A DNA stretch of 49,426 nucleotides from Myxococcota bacterium. GTDB taxonomy: Bacteria > Myxococcota > XYA12-FULL-58-9 > JALHOP01. The notes under the pieces are model-generated. The model had not been told where the DNA came from. It searched no databases and saw only the letters and a list, made by a program, of their open reading frames with translations. Where the stretch lies: contig JBGGMJ010000149.1 of assembly GCA_041288095.1 (NCBI GenBank), positions 1 to 49,426 on the forward strand, written 5' to 3'. The translations under genes were made by a program, and so were the position numbers. Below, piece after piece: positions 46,646-49,426 of the stretch (its first letter is position 1; each line of letters opens with the position of its first letter).

Positions 46646-47386
46646 TCAAAGGGTCCGTTGGTCGTCCAGTCCCCCGGAGGAGATCAGGTCGACCAAGCCA
46701 GCTTGCTGAGCACACTGATTGGCGGTGGCCTCGCTGATGTCCTCGAGCGAGCCAGCGTTATCAAACAAGCATGCGAGGAAGTCGATGAGCGCGCAGAACA
46801 CCGCCGCGAGCTCCGGGCTGTCCGCGAAAGCCTCCGCGAGGCCCTCCTGGAAGCGCGGGTCGTTGACGGATGCCCGGCACTGAGCCCCGGAGAAATCTCC
46901 GCAGTCAGCTTCGGCATCGGCGCAGATCGCTTCGACAATGTCGCAGATGGCGCTCAGGTCGCAGGAAGCACCGTTCAAGATCACGGTGCCGCTGAACGAC
47001 GCGGAGGCCCCTGTCGAGCCCGAGAAGCCAACAGAGGTACCGGTGCCGCCGCTGAACGACGTGCTGCCTCCGGTGGAACCGCTGAAGCTCGCCGAGCCGC
47101 CGGTGGATCCCGAGAAGAAGCCACCACCGCCACCGCCGCCTCGCTCCTCTTCCTCGTCGACTTGGCCCTTGATGGCCATGTTGAGGACGGAGGTGCCGTC
47201 GATGCTGGCGAGGTGCAACCCGCGGTCAGCCGAGTAGCCGAGCGCTGCGGTTCCACCATTCGCTGCCCCGAAGGTCAGGAAGGTGACATCTTGCACCGGC
47301 TTTTCGTCGCCGTTGCATGCCGTGGCGCCGGCGAGCGCGAAGCCCGCGATAGCGACCAAGGCTAGTTTGGACCGTCGAAGCTTCAT
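46646..47386 (-). CDS. Lipoprotein with Ser/Gly decapeptide repeats and Cys-rich helical C-terminus
   Basis: Lipobox ATAC; FSGSTGGS(A/T)S repeats. Confidence 0.8.
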   Translation of the reverse strand: MKLRRSKLALVAIAGFALAGATACNGDEKPVQDVTFLTFGAANGGTAALGYSADRGLHLASIDGTSVLNMAIKGQVDEEEERGGGGGGGFFSGSTGGSASFSGSTGGSTSFSGGTGTSVGFSGSTGASASFSGTVILNGASCDLSAICDIVEAICADAEADCGDFSGAQCRASVNDPRFQEGLAEAFADSPELAAVFCALIDFLACLFDNAGSLEDISEATANQCAQQAGLVDLISSGGLDDQRTL

Positions 47387-47388
47387 GC

Positions 47389-47937
47389 TTACTCCCAGTA
47401 GATATTGGCGACGAGCGCCGACTGGAAGGTACCGAGACGCACCGGCTCGCCGTTACCGGCCCGGATGATGTCGATACCAACACCGGCTTCACCACCGATG
47501 CTGAAGTTTCGCACGGGGAACCACTCGGCGCCAATGCCACCAGCGATGCCCAGCTCGGGGTCGTTGTCGCCGCCGGTGTCGTGGAAGCGCAGGTTGACCT
47601 GGCCCAAGAAGTACGGATTCACGACGCCTTTGGCCATGTAGTAGCGAATGGCCGGAGCGAGGAGGATGTCCCAGTTTGTGGTGGTGTCGGCACCGGTATC
47701 GATGCGGTCGATACCCAGACCGACATTGATACCGAGGTTCATGTCGTCGCTGATCATGTACCAGATACCAGCCGCGCCGTTTGCGTAGCGGTTACCACCG
47801 CCGGGGACCGCGAACGACAACGACTTGGCTCCAGCGACCAGAGCGTTGGCGCCGCTGGCGCTCGTCTCTTGGGCGCGTGCGGCCGACGCGGTCATAGTGG
47901 CGATCATGCAGGCAACGACCAAACCAATTCGCTTCAT
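47389..47937 (-). CDS. Outer-membrane beta-barrel protein (small, about 8 strands)
   Basis: Signal ASAARA; amphipathic strands PAIRYY, NPYF, GIGAEWF, FSIGGE, terminal NIYWE. Confidence 0.85.
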   Translation of the reverse strand: MKRIGLVVACMIATMTASAARAQETSASGANALVAGAKSLSFAVPGGGNRYANGAAGIWYMISDDMNLGINVGLGIDRIDTGADTTTNWDILLAPAIRYYMAKGVVNPYFLGQVNLRFHDTGGDNDPELGIAGGIGAEWFPVRNFSIGGEAGVGIDIIRAGNGEPVRLGTFQSALVANIYWE

Positions 47938-47998
47938 CCGTTCCTCACTTTAATGCGTGTGACTTAGTTGAGCGAACACGAACACACGCTTGGACGGG

Positions 47999-48028
47999 GG
48001 GTTAGCAGGGGCTCGCGATTCGAGTCAA
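47999..48028 (-). promoter_or_regulatory. Putative housekeeping promoter of the OMP operon
   Basis: Minus strand TTGACT-N15-TGCTAACCC. Confidence 0.5.
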
Positions 48029-48121
48029 AAGCAATTTTCGATGGCGCGATCGCGACTTACGACGCGTTGCAGCGATTTCTCATCATTTTTAGCAACGCGT
48101 TCGCTCCGCCATCGCGGTCAG

Positions 48122-49426
48122 TCATTGCACGACGCGGATGACGAAAATCGACGCCAAGGCTCTACCATCGGCGTCCTGCGCGGCGAACGTGCCGACGCCG
48201 ATCGCGTCGCCGCCGGCGTCGACACCGACACGGTGGCCGCGCGCCGCCGTCGTGCTCGTGAAGCGTAGCCACTGTGGTGTTCCGTCGTTTCCCGCGAAGC
48301 GCGCGAGCGCCATGGAGGTGTCCGCGGTGCTGACGGCGTTTAGCGCGCCGAGCTGGAACGTGCCGCTGAAGGTGGCGTTGAAGAGCAGGTCTTCGGTGCC
48401 GTCCGCGAGGTCGACGACGTCGAGCATCGCGGTGTTCGGGAGGTTCACACGGGTCGTCCAGATGGTCTCGCCGGTCGCGCCCGACAGGCGCGCAAGTCGC
48501 AAGTAGATCGTCGGGCCGAGCGGGTCGTCGGCGTCGGCGGCATCGTCCGCGAAAGCGAAGATGCCGGCCATGGCGACGTCGCCGTTGGCGAGCGGGGCCA
48601 CGACGATGCGATCGGCGTTGGCGCGCTTGCGCAGCGGCCGGCTCCACAATGCGGCGCCCGAGTCGCGGCCGATCTTGGCGACGAAGCCGGCTTGCTGTCC
48701 GGGGATCTGGGTGTACACCGCGGCGAGGGTGAGAGTGCCGTCGAAGGCGCCGCCGGCGAGCAGGTTCCCATCGGCATCGATGCCCACGCTCTCGATGAAG
48801 ACGTTGCCGGTCCCCACACCGAGGGGTCGCGAGGAGAGCAGGGCGCCGTTACTCGGCGCAAGCCGCTCGATCCGCGCCTGGGTGAAGCCACTATCCGGGG
48901 GACCCGCGACCTCGCCGGCGACGACCGTGCTGCCGTCCGGGTCGGCGAGCACGAAGCGCGGCCGCTGATTGACGCTCACGCTCCAGCGGGTAAAGCCATC
49001 GGCGAGCGAGAGCTGAGCGACGATGCTACCGGTGTGCGGGCCGGCGCCGAGATCGAGCTCGCCGTCGAAATCGCCCAACGCCAGCAGCATGTTCCCGTCC
49101 GCGTCCGCCGCGAGCGCTGGTCGGGTGTTCGCCGCGAACGCCGCCGCGCCGCTGACGCTCCACATGGCTTGCAGTCGCTCGTTGTAGCGGCCGAGCACCG
49201 CGATCGGAGGTTCGTTCGCGGGCCGCCCAACCTCGCCGCGGCCATAGTCGGCGGGACCGCGTTGCAGCGCCGCGAGCAGGAGGCCATCGTGGGCGGGATC
49301 AAAGGCGACGTCGAGCGCCACCGCGTTGGTGCCGAGAAGGTTCTGCAGGCTGCGGATGGCGCCGCTGCCGAGCTCTGTGGGGTCCGGCCCGTTGCCGCCG
49401 CACGCGAGCGCGGTCGCGCAGGCGCA
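48122..49426 (-). CDS. Beta-propeller lipoprotein (start beyond window edge)
   Basis: Frame open to window end with ALAC lipobox; blades AADADGN, ADPDG, GIDADGNLLAGGAF, GFVAKI..G...WS. Confidence 0.8.
   Translation of the reverse strand, partial: CACATALACGGNGPDPTELGSGAIRSLQNLLGTNAVALDVAFDPAHDGLLLAALQRGPADYGRGEVGRPANEPPIAVLGRYNERLQAMWSVSGAAAFAANTRPALAADADGNMLLALGDFDGELDLGAGPHTGSIVAQLSLADGFTRWSVSVNQRPRFVLADPDGSTVVAGEVAGPPDSGFTQARIERLAPSNGALLSSRPLGVGTGNVFIESVGIDADGNLLAGGAFDGTLTLAAVYTQIPGQQAGFVAKIGRDSGAALWSRPLRKRANADRIVVAPLANGDVAMAGIFAFADDAADADDPLGPTIYLRLARLSGATGETIWTTRVNLPNTAMLDVVDLADGTEDLLFNATFSGTFQLGALNAVSTADTSMALARFAGNDGTPQWLRFTSTTAARGHRVGVDAGGDAIGVGTFAAQDADGRALASIFVIRVVQ

Overview
GC-rich bacterial chromosomal segment, most likely from a Myxococcota-type genome (inferred from a Myxococcus-type Cys-rich repeat lipoprotein, many Cys-rich lipoproteins and a sigma54 activator). 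It holds about 46 CDS and two tRNAs (Arg-TCT, Val-TAC). Housekeeping genes: tilS-ftsH-folP, yceD-rpmF, dprA, lon, tpx, a TerC protein, an ABC-2 exporter and a monofunctional transglycosylase. Accessory genes: an ECF sigma/anti-sigma operon with a SigW-like autoregulatory promoter, a class A beta-lactamase, a DUF3494 ice-binding lipoprotein next to an NhaR-type LysR regulator, and many orphan genes. The most striking unexplained signal is a promoter-like motif, GCAAC-N16-CGA(A/T)A(A/C). It occurs four times with identical spacing, plus one or two near-variants. Each copy is correctly oriented 23-38 nt upstream of a scattered gene lacking a signal peptide, including a second ClpX whose zinc-binding domain is replaced by an unknown N-domain. 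This suggests an undescribed sigma28/FliA-like regulon, possibly of secreted effectors (inference). No CRISPR array, integrase or transposase was seen. All family assignments come from motif recognition by eye, not database searches.
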